Made by a program: the position numbers and the translations under genes. Below, one piece after another: positions 1-7,296 of a stretch of 20,000 nucleotides of DNA (position 1 is its first letter; each line of letters starts with the position of its first letter). This stretch comes from an uncultured virus (IMG/VR IMGVR_UViG_3300025543_000015) (Duplodnaviria; Heunggongvirae; Uroviricota; Caudoviricetes; Crassvirales). Location: IMG/VR virus record IMGVR_UViG_3300025543_000015; one strand, 5' to 3'. The notes under the pieces are model-generated. The model was not told the DNA's origin, ran no database searches, and saw only the letters and a list, made by a program, of their open reading frames with translations.

Positions 1-136
1 ACTCTAGATTTACGCTAATAGCCCCAACAGTCATTATGTTAGGGCTTGTAGCTAAATAAATATAAAGCAGTTTTGAATTGTTAGCTAGACATAGGAACTT
101 GTTATCGCTCCATAGTTTGCTTATCTTAACTGCCAT
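1..136 (-). CDS. 5' part of a putative phage replication initiator/replisome organiser-like protein (runs off the window)
   Basis: Open frame from ATG at 136: MAVKISKLWSDNKFLCLANNSKLLYIYLATSPNIMTVGAISVNLE. The W-x-D-x-x-F...KLLYIYL...P...G pattern resembles phage replication protein N-termini, and it lies 7 nt downstream of the SSB-like gene. Confidence 0.55.
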   Translation of the reverse strand, partial: MAVKISKLWSDNKFLCLANNSKLLYIYLATSPNIMTVGAISVNLE

Positions 137-143
137 GACCTAT

Positions 144-938
144 CTAAAATGGTAAGTCATCTTTCTCATCTGCCTCGGCATCATCCGGAGCTGTAGGAGC
201 ATCGTCCTCATCCTCATCACTATCATCATTTTTAGTAGCAGGTTTGTTACCATTAAAGTATGCCTGTAATTCATCGTCATACTCACCTGCCTCATCAGCT
301 TGCTCATCAGTAATCTCTACTGTATCAAACTCTAGTACATAGAACCAAATTGGTCTAGGAGCACGAGGGTTCTTTTTAAGCTTAGCATCCAATTCTTTTT
401 CTTCCTCGTCTGTCACAGGTACAAACTTACCTTTCAACAATTTAGATAGAGCACCTCTCTTAATGGTGATTACATTATCATACTCACCATCTCTGTCTAA
501 TGAGTCTAGGAAGTTAATCCACCCATTTAATGAAGACCCTTGGAATTGTAAGTTACAAACCTCTTTACCCTCACCTGTAACATCACATAAGCAAATTACA
601 TTGGCAGTAAACTTACCACCTACTGCTTTTACTTTGTCCTTAATCTCCTTGTAAAGACCTTCGGCAATGTCTGTAGACTTACCATCCTTCCAAGAAGCTA
701 CTTTTAAAACTTCTGAACCTGTAGCTGCTACTAAGTTAGAAGTAATCTGTGCACTAGTGTCAGAATTAAATCCTGTTATAGATGAACGTACATCTAGCAC
801 CACGATTTCAAGCTCATCTAGCTCTACTCTCTCTTTACTCTCCTTATCGTAGTAGCTAAACTGTCCTGTACTACCACTGAATTGTAAATAACGTTTAATA
901 GGTGAAGCATTTCCACCTCTTCTTTTTGTTCTGCTCAT
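144..938 (-). CDS. Putative single-stranded DNA-binding protein
   Basis: 264 aa with a long acidic, low-complexity C-terminal tail ending in DDLPF, the typical SSB C-terminal interaction motif. Confidence 0.65.
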   Translation of the reverse strand: MSRTKRRGGNASPIKRYLQFSGSTGQFSYYDKESKERVELDELEIVVLDVRSSITGFNSDTSAQITSNLVAATGSEVLKVASWKDGKSTDIAEGLYKEIKDKVKAVGGKFTANVICLCDVTGEGKEVCNLQFQGSSLNGWINFLDSLDRDGEYDNVITIKRGALSKLLKGKFVPVTDEEEKELDAKLKKNPRAPRPIWFYVLEFDTVEITDEQADEAGEYDDELQAYFNGNKPATKNDDSDEDEDDAPTAPDDAEADEKDDLPF

Positions 939-959
939 AATATAAAAATTAAATTAAAA

Positions 960-1397
960 TTAAATTGTTGTGTTTTCAAATTGCTCTACCTTGGATTGGT
1001 AGAATTGAAGCATGTCATGATAATCATGAATGTTCTTGCTACAGTTCCTGATACGCTTTGTATAGAATGCTTTGTTTTTTGGTAAGCTTTTCTTGTACTT
1101 AGCTTTCATCCTGTATAAACCCTCTATTGACTTTATATACTCGGCAACTCGGCTCTTGTTTCTAGTGTATGTAATAGTTCTTGCCCCTTTTATAAATCCG
1201 TGTTCCTGCATGACCTTTAAATCTTCTTGGCTCACTTCACTATAGAAATCACTTTGCCTTGTGTCTTGTATAGAATAAGAGTTATCATCGAAGTAGTGAG
1301 TAATCTTAAACCCATTCTCAATGATGAACTCATGGTCTCTAAATGTGAACACCTTTAATAACCTTGACTCCTCAAACCACTTTTGTATTTGTTCCAT
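960..1397 (-). CDS. Hypothetical protein (145 aa)
   Basis: ORF track gives 960..1439. Start moved to ATG 1397 (MEQIQKW) because a -7 promoter box lies at 1415-1422 inside the longer ORF. Confidence 0.65.
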   Translation of the reverse strand: MEQIQKWFEESRLLKVFTFRDHEFIIENGFKITHYFDDNSYSIQDTRQSDFYSEVSQEDLKVMQEHGFIKGARTITYTRNKSRVAEYIKSIEGLYRMKAKYKKSLPKNKAFYTKRIRNCSKNIHDYHDMLQFYQSKVEQFENTTI

Positions 1398-1414
1398 AAA
1401 ATTTTTGTGGGTTG

Positions 1415-1422
1415 CAAATTTA
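1415..1422 (-). promoter_or_regulatory. Bacteroidota sigma70 -7 box (TAAATTTG)
   Basis: Matches TAnnTTTG in the context TTCGTAAATTTGCA, 17 nt upstream of an ATG. Confidence 0.7.
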
Positions 1423-1462
1423 CGAATAATTTTTGACATTCGTAAACTTAGGTTATTAATAA

Positions 1463-1693
1463 TTAGTCCTCTAAGAAACTCGTAAGCTTAGATGCAAGCT
1501 TGGCATTCTTTGCCGCTGATACATCTAGTACCTCAATTTCTGCAGTTAATTTAGCTGCCTTTCCAACATGTACTGCTGTAGCTGCTGCTATTTTCTCATT
1601 AATGTTTCGCAATCTAGTTGCTGTCTTCTCGAAGATACTTAAGGCATCTTGACTTTGTTTTTGTAGGCTAGCTACTTTGTTTACTGTAATCAT
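1463..1693 (-). CDS. Hypothetical coiled-coil protein
   Basis: 76 aa, Ala/Lys-rich helical sequence, A-rich upstream region. Confidence 0.7.
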   Translation of the reverse strand: MITVNKVASLQKQSQDALSIFEKTATRLRNINEKIAAATAVHVGKAAKLTAEIEVLDVSAAKNAKLASKLTSFLED

Positions 1694-1711
1694 GTTTTAA
1701 ATGGTTTTAAA

Positions 1712-1861
1712 TTAAAATGTAAAAAATACTACTACTGTTGAATAAACAGTAGCTACTATAGCTACTATAGCTACTATAGCTACTATAGCTACTATAGCTA
1801 CTGCTATGACTATTGTGATAATGGCTTGTGCCAATATCTTCTCTAGCTTACTTATTTTCAT
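1712..1861 (-). CDS. Small membrane protein with (IVA)n repeat
   Basis: MKISKLEKILAQAIITIVIAVAIVAIVAIVAIVAIVATVYSTVVVFFTF; ATG 1861 overlaps the upstream stop (ATGA). Confidence 0.6.
   Translation of the reverse strand: MKISKLEKILAQAIITIVIAVAIVAIVAIVAIVAIVATVYSTVVVFFTF
1751..1802. repeat. 9-bp tandem repeat (AGCTACTAT) x5 plus a partial copy
   Basis: Exact copies start at 1751, 1760, 1769, 1778 and 1787; partial copy at 1796. Confidence 0.95.
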
Positions 1862-1941
1862 ATGTTCCTGTTGTTGTGTAGCCACAATATAAATGCGTAG
1901 TAAGCACCTATAATAACTACTGCTAATAAAATCACTCTCAT
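1858..1941 (-). CDS. Small membrane peptide (27 aa)
   Basis: MRVILLAVVIIGAYYAFILWLHNNRNI; just downstream of a -7 box, ATGA-coupled to the next ORF. Confidence 0.55.
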   Translation of the reverse strand: MRVILLAVVIIGAYYAFILWLHNNRNI

Positions 1942-1954
1942 CTTTTAGTTTTTG

Positions 1955-1962
1955 CAAAGGTA
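1955..1962 (-). promoter_or_regulatory. Bacteroidota sigma70 -7 box (TACCTTTG)
   Basis: TAnnTTTG match, intergenic, 13 nt upstream of ATG 1941. Confidence 0.7.
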
Positions 1963-2001
1963 CAACCTTACAATTGATTGTACCCTACTGTTAACATATA
2001 A

Positions 2002-2169
2002 TTAACTCTTCATGGTAGGTAAGAACCTCATACCATCCCTCAGAATATTTCTGAATAGTGCAGGGTTCATATCATCCAACCACTTCAAGTAATAAAAAGT
2101 TAAAGGTGTATCATGCTTGAACATTCTCTCTAACTCATTAGCTATCCTTTCTGTTGATACAACATTCAT
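2002..2169 (-). CDS. Hypothetical protein (55 aa)
   Basis: Manually translated MNVVSTERIANELERMFKHDTPLTFYYLKWLDDMNPALFRNILRDGMRFLPTMKS; co-directional with neighbours. Confidence 0.55.
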   Translation of the reverse strand: MNVVSTERIANELERMFKHDTPLTFYYLKWLDDMNPALFRNILRDGMRFLPTMKS

Positions 2170-2266
2170 CTTCGTAGGCTAAAACAGTTTTATTGTGTTG
2201 ACTGCCTCTCCGGAAAAGTTGAGGTTCTTGGTGATTGCAAATCTATAGCCAATACTAACTTACCAT

Positions 2267-2398
2267 TTACCATTCAATCTCATCCTCATCTTTAGTTATA
2301 TCTGCAATACACTTTACTACCAAAAAGAAAAATACTGCTAACGCTATTACTAGTGTGCCTATAGCTACAGCTAGGATAAAAAATTCTAGTTCCATCAT
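2267..2398 (-). CDS. Small membrane protein (43 aa)
   Basis: MMELEFFILAVAIGTLVIALAVFFFLVVKCIADITKDEDEIEW; ATGA overlap with the upstream gene. Confidence 0.6.
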   Translation of the reverse strand: MMELEFFILAVAIGTLVIALAVFFFLVVKCIADITKDEDEIEW

Positions 2399-2664
2399 AT
2401 TAAATTCTGTTTTAAGTACTGTATAATCATCCCTTGAAGTAGATAGTTCTTGGTTCTCAAGTACCTAGCATCGTAGCTATCTTCTAAGTGGTTAAGAACA
2501 TAAGATACCCTCTCTTTGGCTACCTCATTATCCGTCTTTTCAAGCATTTGTTCTAAGTCCTCTATAGCACCTTTTACGGTAGTGCCACCTTTCATTATCT
2601 GCAGCTCTGCATGCTCGATAATAGTTCTGTACGGATTGTCAATCCATGCTAATTTGTTTTCCAT
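2395..2664 (-). CDS. Hypothetical protein
   Basis: 89 aa ORF in the minus-strand gene run. Confidence 0.7.
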   Translation of the reverse strand: MENKLAWIDNPYRTIIEHAELQIMKGGTTVKGAIEDLEQMLEKTDNEVAKERVSYVLNHLEDSYDARYLRTKNYLLQGMIIQYLKQNLI

Positions 2665-2684
2665 GTTTGTTGCTTTAAAATTAG

Positions 2685-2761
2685 AAGTGGGTGCAGGATT
2701 CGAACCTGCGATATACGACGATGAAGACGTAGCCTCTTAACCAACTCAGTCCATACCCACT
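2685..2761 (-). pseudogene. Degenerate tRNA / tRNA-like element, anticodon not assignable
   Basis: Acceptor AGTGGGT/ACCCACT, T-arm GCAGG-TTCGAAT-CCTGC, D-loop-like GAGTTGGTTAA; irregular anticodon arm (TACGTCTTCATCGTCGTA). Confidence 0.7.
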
Positions 2762-2769
2762 TTCCTTAA

Positions 2770-3138
2770 TTAATTTTCAGTATATAACCACTGTGTACCA
2801 TTATCTGTAGTGTGTAGGAAAGGTAAGCTGTAATCACAGCTAATCTCTACAACCTCTCCACCTCTAAATACTAGCCCACCATCGCTTAAGGTCTCACATT
2901 CACCCTCAGTATCACCGTGGTCTAAATGGTCTTGAAGTGATGTTACATCAATAGATATGGTCATGCCATTATGACATACATCAACCTTATCGGAAGTTGT
3001 GACCTTTGCATAAGATGACTTACCATAATCCTGTTGTGAAACTAATGTACATAGTGCAGGTTGAGTACACTCATCTTCACATGAAGTGAAGGTAAAAGAT
3101 GCTAATGCTAACACCAAAATCAAAAATACTTTTTTCAT
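2770..3138 (-). CDS. Putative lipoprotein
   Basis: MKK + hydrophobic stretch + FTSC lipobox followed by acidic residues; internal VCH...HLDHGDxxGxC motif. Confidence 0.7.
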   Translation of the reverse strand: MKKVFLILVLALASFTFTSCEDECTQPALCTLVSQQDYGKSSYAKVTTSDKVDVCHNGMTISIDVTSLQDHLDHGDTEGECETLSDGGLVFRGGEVVEISCDYSLPFLHTTDNGTQWLYTEN

Positions 3139-3590
3139 TCTCTTTTGTTTTTAATTAATAAACTCTTGTAATGCAGGTATCGCTTTAGATACTTTAATGT
3201 TGATGTCTTCCTGTATCCCATATAGATACCACCATTCCACATCCTCACGATTTCGCTCTCGCTAGGCAACCTGCTATGCCTTCTCTTAAACAACCTAATA
3301 CCTGCTTTTAAATACAGAATAAACATCTCCTTCGCAGTATGCTTATTGAAAGCCTGCTTGTGTGTATAGCTTGTGCCATATAACCTGTTGATGTCCTGTA
3401 CACAAATATTGTGTATTTGAACTACTCCATAAGCTCTACCCCCATCACCAACCACATGTACCCTATTATTAGATTCAACATGCCTTACTATGTTGTATAT
3501 CTTGTGTAGGTCTTGTGCCTTGACTGATGAGAGTGATAAGCTTATAAGTAGCACTAGGGTGAACCCCTGTCTTCTTGTCTCTCTTCCCAT
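3135..3590 (-). CDS. Secreted lysozyme-like / lytic transglycosylase-like protein
   Basis: N-terminal hydrophobic signal; motifs VES (catalytic Glu), GxxQI and WNGG of the lysozyme-like superfamily. Confidence 0.7.
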   Translation of the reverse strand: MGRETRRQGFTLVLLISLSLSSVKAQDLHKIYNIVRHVESNNRVHVVGDGGRAYGVVQIHNICVQDINRLYGTSYTHKQAFNKHTAKEMFILYLKAGIRLFKRRHSRLPSESEIVRMWNGGIYMGYRKTSTLKYLKRYLHYKSLLIKNKRE

Positions 3591-3666
3591 ATTTTATCTT
3601 TTCGGTTAATAACCTTTAGGAGTAACCACACTATGAGCCACATGCCTGTAATACAGATTATGAATG

Positions 3667-4065
3667 TTACTGTGTCTTGTTCCAATATTGTAGGGATTTA
3701 ATTAGAAGTAAAGTCTTTGTGTTCAGTGGAAATTCGTGACCCCTTACGTAGAAGCATGCATCAAAGATTGCAACAATACTATCTCCTTTTAGGTTAAATA
3801 GCCCACCTACAAAACCATTATTATTAGATTTGGTGAATCCTAGACCATAAATCCTCATCGCCTCACTTATTTCAAAGTCATCTAAGATGTCATCTACAGG
3901 TTTGTTTTGGTATACCCTAGTGTGGTCAGTAAGCTGTTCAATAGGTCTCACAATAATCTCTTTGTTGTGGTCGCTAATATTAATAGCTGACTGCCTAGCA
4001 TCCTCCAAGCTCTTCTTCTCAGATACCCAAGCCCTGTCACCATTAATTGTTATAAATTTTTCCAT
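3667..4065 (-). CDS. Hypothetical protein
   Basis: 132 aa, tightly packed with neighbours. Confidence 0.7.
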   Translation of the reverse strand: MEKFITINGDRAWVSEKKSLEDARQSAINISDHNKEIIVRPIEQLTDHTRVYQNKPVDDILDDFEISEAMRIYGLGFTKSNNNGFVGGLFNLKGDSIVAIFDACFYVRGHEFPLNTKTLLLIKSLQYWNKTQ

Positions 4066-4067
4066 GT

Positions 4068-4325
4068 CTATTGTTTTAGTAGTTGTTGTATTAAATCAAA
4101 AGCCTCTTCTACTTTGTTTTTTGAATATACAGAGTGCTGTTCTCCACTTAAAACCATTGAATTTAATAACCCTATAGCCATACCTATTTTAGTTAAATCT
4201 CCACTTATACCCCCTACCTCTGCTTTGAGGTAGGCTTCCATTAATTTTATAACATCACGTTGGTCGTTAGATAATATGATGTTTAAATAAGCACGTTCCT
4301 TTCTGTAAAATTCTTCTGCTGTCAT
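4068..4325 (-). CDS. Hypothetical protein
   Basis: 85 aa, ATGA overlap with the upstream gene. Confidence 0.7.
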   Translation of the reverse strand: MTAEEFYRKERAYLNIILSNDQRDVIKLMEAYLKAEVGGISGDLTKIGMAIGLLNSMVLSGEQHSVYSKNKVEEAFDLIQQLLKQ

Positions 4326-4561
4326 ATCACCTCTGATTTAGCGGTTGTTCTAATAAACCCTACCTCTATACCTATCTCAGTTCCCTGCTCTAAGTACTCC
4401 TGCAATTCACTCTCATCCGGTATTAAACTCCCTGAGTCATCATCGTGTAGAGCATATAAAGAAAATGCACCATTGGATATAACATCCTTGGCTTCCTGCT
4501 CTGTCAATACCTTCCATACGAAGTTATCGCTCTCTGTAATCTTAATTGTTTTTCGTGTCAT
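4322..4561 (-). CDS. Hypothetical protein
   Basis: 79 aa, operon-like spacing. Confidence 0.7.
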   Translation of the reverse strand: MTRKTIKITESDNFVWKVLTEQEAKDVISNGAFSLYALHDDDSGSLIPDESELQEYLEQGTEIGIEVGFIRTTAKSEVI

Positions 4562-4565
4562 GATT

Positions 4566-4754
4566 TTATTTATTAATAATTCTTATATAATTCTTTGTGT
4601 TATGGAAGTAGACATCCTCAAAGCTAGACCACTTGACCCTTTGCTTGATGTCTGCCTCCGTCTTACCTAGTAGCTCCAATCCTTCCTCGAAGGTGTCTCT
4701 ACTAATATTTGCCTTATCCTTCTGTGGGATATATATTCTGACTAGTACGCTCAT
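4566..4754 (-). CDS. Hypothetical protein
   Basis: 62 aa, operon-like spacing. Confidence 0.65.
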   Translation of the reverse strand: MSVLVRIYIPQKDKANISRDTFEEGLELLGKTEADIKQRVKWSSFEDVYFHNTKNYIRIINK

Positions 4755-4755
4755 C

Positions 4756-5055
4756 CTACCAAAAATATGCGTTAGTAAATTCCGTCTTACTCTCTACCCA
4801 ATCCAATACCTGTCCTGCGTAGTAGTCTGTTGTCAAGTCCTCCAAGAAGTCTTGAAGCTCTCGTATTGCACTTGAGCTACTAGTTGATACCTCTCGTCTG
4901 TCAAATTCAGTAGCCCCACTTTGGTCACTGCCTTTGCGTGTACCTGCTGAATAGTCCCAATCCTTTGCTATGATTGTTACCTTTGTCTTTGTTGCTACTG
5001 CTGTGATGATACCACCCTTGCAGTACTCACCAATCTTAAATGTTTTCGTTGCCAT
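4756..5055 (-). CDS. Hypothetical protein
   Basis: 99 aa, operon-like spacing. Confidence 0.7.
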   Translation of the reverse strand: MATKTFKIGEYCKGGIITAVATKTKVTIIAKDWDYSAGTRKGSDQSGATEFDRREVSTSSSSAIRELQDFLEDLTTDYYAGQVLDWVESKTEFTNAYFW

Positions 5056-5060
5056 ATTAA

Positions 5061-5345
5061 TTATGATTTACGATTAACAGGGATACACTCGTTGTACTTT
5101 ACCTGCTTGAAATAGTCATACGTCTCTTCGTATGGATAGTATGGCTCACCATACAGAATAGTAAATGCCTTACTTGTGATGTTAAAACCAATACCATAGC
5201 TTGATGACCTAAACTCTAACGTCACTGTATCTGATAGCTCATCCCACTCATAGCCTCTGAACTGCACCCACTGTGCAGCTTCCCAAACTATGAAGTTCAT
5301 CTTAGACATGTACTCACTTTTAAATCTCTCTAATGGTAGTGCCAT
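5061..5345 (-). CDS. Hypothetical protein
   Basis: 94 aa; ATG 16 nt downstream of hammerhead stem I. Confidence 0.7.
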   Translation of the reverse strand: MALPLERFKSEYMSKMNFIVWEAAQWVQFRGYEWDELSDTVTLEFRSSSYGIGFNITSKAFTILYGEPYYPYEETYDYFKQVKYNECIPVNRKS

Positions 5346-5361
5346 AAATATAATATTTAAT

Positions 5362-5430
5362 GATTAAGACAACCACCCTACATGAAAGTGAGAGTGATTG
5401 TTTCGGATACTAAATCCTCATCAGTTAATC
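5362..5430 (-). ncRNA. Type I hammerhead ribozyme (copy A)
   Basis: Minus strand: GATTAA-CTGATGA-GGAT(TTAGT)ATCC-GAA-ACAATCAC...GTGGTTGT-C-TTAATC. Full catalytic core, stems I/II/III, GUC cleavage triplet (cut between 5368 and 5367). Confidence 0.93.
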
Positions 5431-5651
5431 TTAGCTGTGTACACAGGATTACCTTTCTTATCGTATGTAACTATGATAGGTCGGTGTCCTGTTACTGTGA
5501 TAGCAGGCTCTCTGCTCTCTACAGGAGGATATGTACCCCCAATTTTGCCTTCCCCATCTAACGGGTTAACGCATACTCCATTAACGAAATGGTTACCACC
5601 ATCGTCAATCATGTGGTTTTCACCATCAACTTTAAAATACTGTGTCTTCAT
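5421..5651 (-). CDS. Hypothetical protein
   Basis: 76 aa; its TGA stop is part of the ribozyme CUGAUGA core. Confidence 0.65.
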   Translation of the reverse strand: MKTQYFKVDGENHMIDDGGNHFVNGVCVNPLDGEGKIGGTYPPVESREPAITVTGHRPIIVTYDKKGNPVYTAKIN

Positions 5652-5784
5652 CTTTTTTAGAATTACAGGTTAATACTTGTTGCTCAAGGCAACCTCTTTT
5701 GAAGTCCTTCATAATGGACTTATTTGTTATGTGCTTTATGCCTAGAGTAGTCTCTAGACCATATACTGCTTGAATAATTTTCAT
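5632..5784 (-). CDS. Hypothetical protein (50 aa)
   Basis: Manually translated MKIIQAVYGLETTLGIKHITNKSIMKDFKRGCLEQQVLTCNSKKDEDTVF; fills the gap between ORFs. Confidence 0.5.
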   Translation of the reverse strand: MKIIQAVYGLETTLGIKHITNKSIMKDFKRGCLEQQVLTCNSKKDEDTVF

Positions 5785-5786
5785 AG

Positions 5787-6320
5787 TTAAATATTTACAT
5801 GTGTTCCTCTTCCGTCTTCGTATGCCTCCATGATATAATCACGAGTCCTACGTGGTTGGTCATTGTAGTATTCCCACTCATCTTTATCGTGTAGGTCTAC
5901 ACTAGTCCTGCCTTCTACCCAATCCCATTCACTCTCATCATTCAACCAATCATAGTACTCTCTATAGTTCCTATGTATACCAAAGCTTGTGGACTCACAG
6001 CAATCACAATCCATACTAGTCACTGAGTAGTAGATAGTCTTGTTCTCAAAGTTATACCTGTACCAATGCTCTAGTCTAGTCTCAGTCTTGCTTAACCAAC
6101 GTCTGAACCTAAACTTCATAGTATACCACAATTGCTTAGGTGTCTTCATCTCAAATGTGTAGAAACTAAGTATGTAGTACCCTAGGTAGAAGCTTAATAG
6201 CTTGTTTAGGTATGTATCACTACTATATCTTATTCCTAGTCTAAACTTTCGTGTTCTGTTCTGTCTGTCCTGCAGGATGTACACCATGCCGAACCTTGTC
6301 TTACCTTGTATTGTCTTCAT
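5787..6320 (-). CDS. Hypothetical protein
   Basis: 177 aa, aromatic-rich, DCDCC motif. Confidence 0.7.
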   Translation of the reverse strand: MKTIQGKTRFGMVYILQDRQNRTRKFRLGIRYSSDTYLNKLLSFYLGYYILSFYTFEMKTPKQLWYTMKFRFRRWLSKTETRLEHWYRYNFENKTIYYSVTSMDCDCCESTSFGIHRNYREYYDWLNDESEWDWVEGRTSVDLHDKDEWEYYNDQPRRTRDYIMEAYEDGRGTHVNI

Positions 6321-6322
6321 AA

Positions 6323-6562
6323 CTATATATATAATGTGTTAATAAATTCCTTCAATAGCTTGATGCCTAGTACATTTAACTGTACGTTACCAATCACGAG
6401 CCCCTGCTCATCAGCTTGTAGCTGTATGTGTAGAGATTCTGTCTCGGTGTTCTTATTATCATACTCGGTGATGATAAAATCCCTGTAGCTTGTTGAGGTA
6501 TCAATGTGTAACCTCTGACACCCTATTGATGTCTCCTGCTGTAGTTTAATTAAGTTATTCAT
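6323..6562 (-). CDS. Hypothetical protein
   Basis: 79 aa; ATG 14 nt downstream of hammerhead stem I. Confidence 0.65.
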   Translation of the reverse strand: MNNLIKLQQETSIGCQRLHIDTSTSYRDFIITEYDNKNTETESLHIQLQADEQGLVIGNVQLNVLGIKLLKEFINTLYI

Positions 6563-6576
6563 CCTGTTTAATTTAT

Positions 6577-6637
6577 GATTAAGACATAAGCAGCGTAGCT
6601 ACCCATGTTTCGGATACTAAATCCTCATCAGTTAATC
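6577..6637 (-). ncRNA. Type I hammerhead ribozyme (copy B)
   Basis: Minus strand: GATTAA-CTGATGA-GGAT(TTAGT)ATCC-GAA-ACATGGGTAGC(TAC)GCTGCTTATGT-C-TTAATC. Same core as copy A with a different but paired stem III; cut between 6583 and 6582. Confidence 0.93.
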
Positions 6638-6949
6638 TTATCCATATATCCAATTAAAGTTCTTAGAGCTCGCCTTCTTAAGCTGAGTATGAAATCTTTT
6701 AATAGACCTAGCCAAAGCTAATGCCTCTTTAAATTCTGACTCAAAGCCACTCACGTCACAGCCATCACGTACTTCATCTCTGAACATACATAAGCTCTCA
6801 TTAATACCTACTACTTGGTAGTATAAATCGTCATGCAGCCTATCAAATTCTTCTATGTCATCTGCATAACACAAGTCACGCAAATCGTTCAATAAATTAT
6901 AGGCTTTCTTACCTATCTGATAAATTCTCTTCTCTTCTTTAGTTGCCAT
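6638..6949 (-). CDS. Hypothetical protein
   Basis: 103 aa; stop codon abuts ribozyme copy B. Confidence 0.7.
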   Translation of the reverse strand: MATKEEKRIYQIGKKAYNLLNDLRDLCYADDIEEFDRLHDDLYYQVVGINESLCMFRDEVRDGCDVSGFESEFKEALALARSIKRFHTQLKKASSKNFNWIYG

Positions 6950-6977
6950 AGTTTCTATTGTTTATTAGTTTTACATC

Positions 6978-7103
6978 CTACACTACTCTCTCTCTAGTTG
7001 CACCACTTGTGTACACTGAGTATCCGAAAGGTGTTACAGTCTTCTTAACTGCATTCCTGTCCTGCAATTCACCCTTATCTTTGTTACTCTTAAATGTTGT
7101 CAT
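6978..7103 (-). CDS. Hypothetical protein (41 aa)
   Basis: Manually translated MTTFKSNKDKGELQDRNAVKKTVTPFGYSVYTSGATRERVV. Confidence 0.5.
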   Translation of the reverse strand: MTTFKSNKDKGELQDRNAVKKTVTPFGYSVYTSGATRERVV

Positions 7104-7107
7104 GATA

Positions 7108-7275
7108 TTATAAATTAAATCCTCCAAAGCTTGCGTTAGCAATGGTTGATGGGTTAATAATTAGGTTACCTATCAAAGCTAGTACTGATACTGCTATGAA
7201 TGTTAGTGCTATAGCTACAGGTATGTTCACTGCTAAGCTGTTTGTATCTGTCAATTTTGATATTAAAGTATTCAT
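7108..7275 (-). CDS. Small membrane protein (55 aa)
   Basis: MNTLISKLTDTNSLAVNIPVAIALTFIAVSVLALIGNLIINPSTIANASFGGFNL; one TM segment. Confidence 0.6.
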   Translation of the reverse strand: MNTLISKLTDTNSLAVNIPVAIALTFIAVSVLALIGNLIINPSTIANASFGGFNL

Positions 7276-7296
7276 GGTGTATAATTTTAATTGTTA

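Noticed and set aside
20..46. Hairpin AGCCCCAACA...TGTTAGGGCT resembling a terminator
   Set aside because: No U-tract, and it lies inside the open minus-strand CDS starting at 136
2715..2730. Possible opal-suppressor (TCA) anticodon implying stop-codon recoding
   Set aside because: Anticodon arm register is non-canonical, and genes here are intact under the standard code, with TGA, TAG and TAA all used as stops
5399..6640. 35-bp direct repeat considered as a CRISPR repeat or att site
   Set aside because: Only two copies 1.2 kb apart, fully explained by the hammerhead cores
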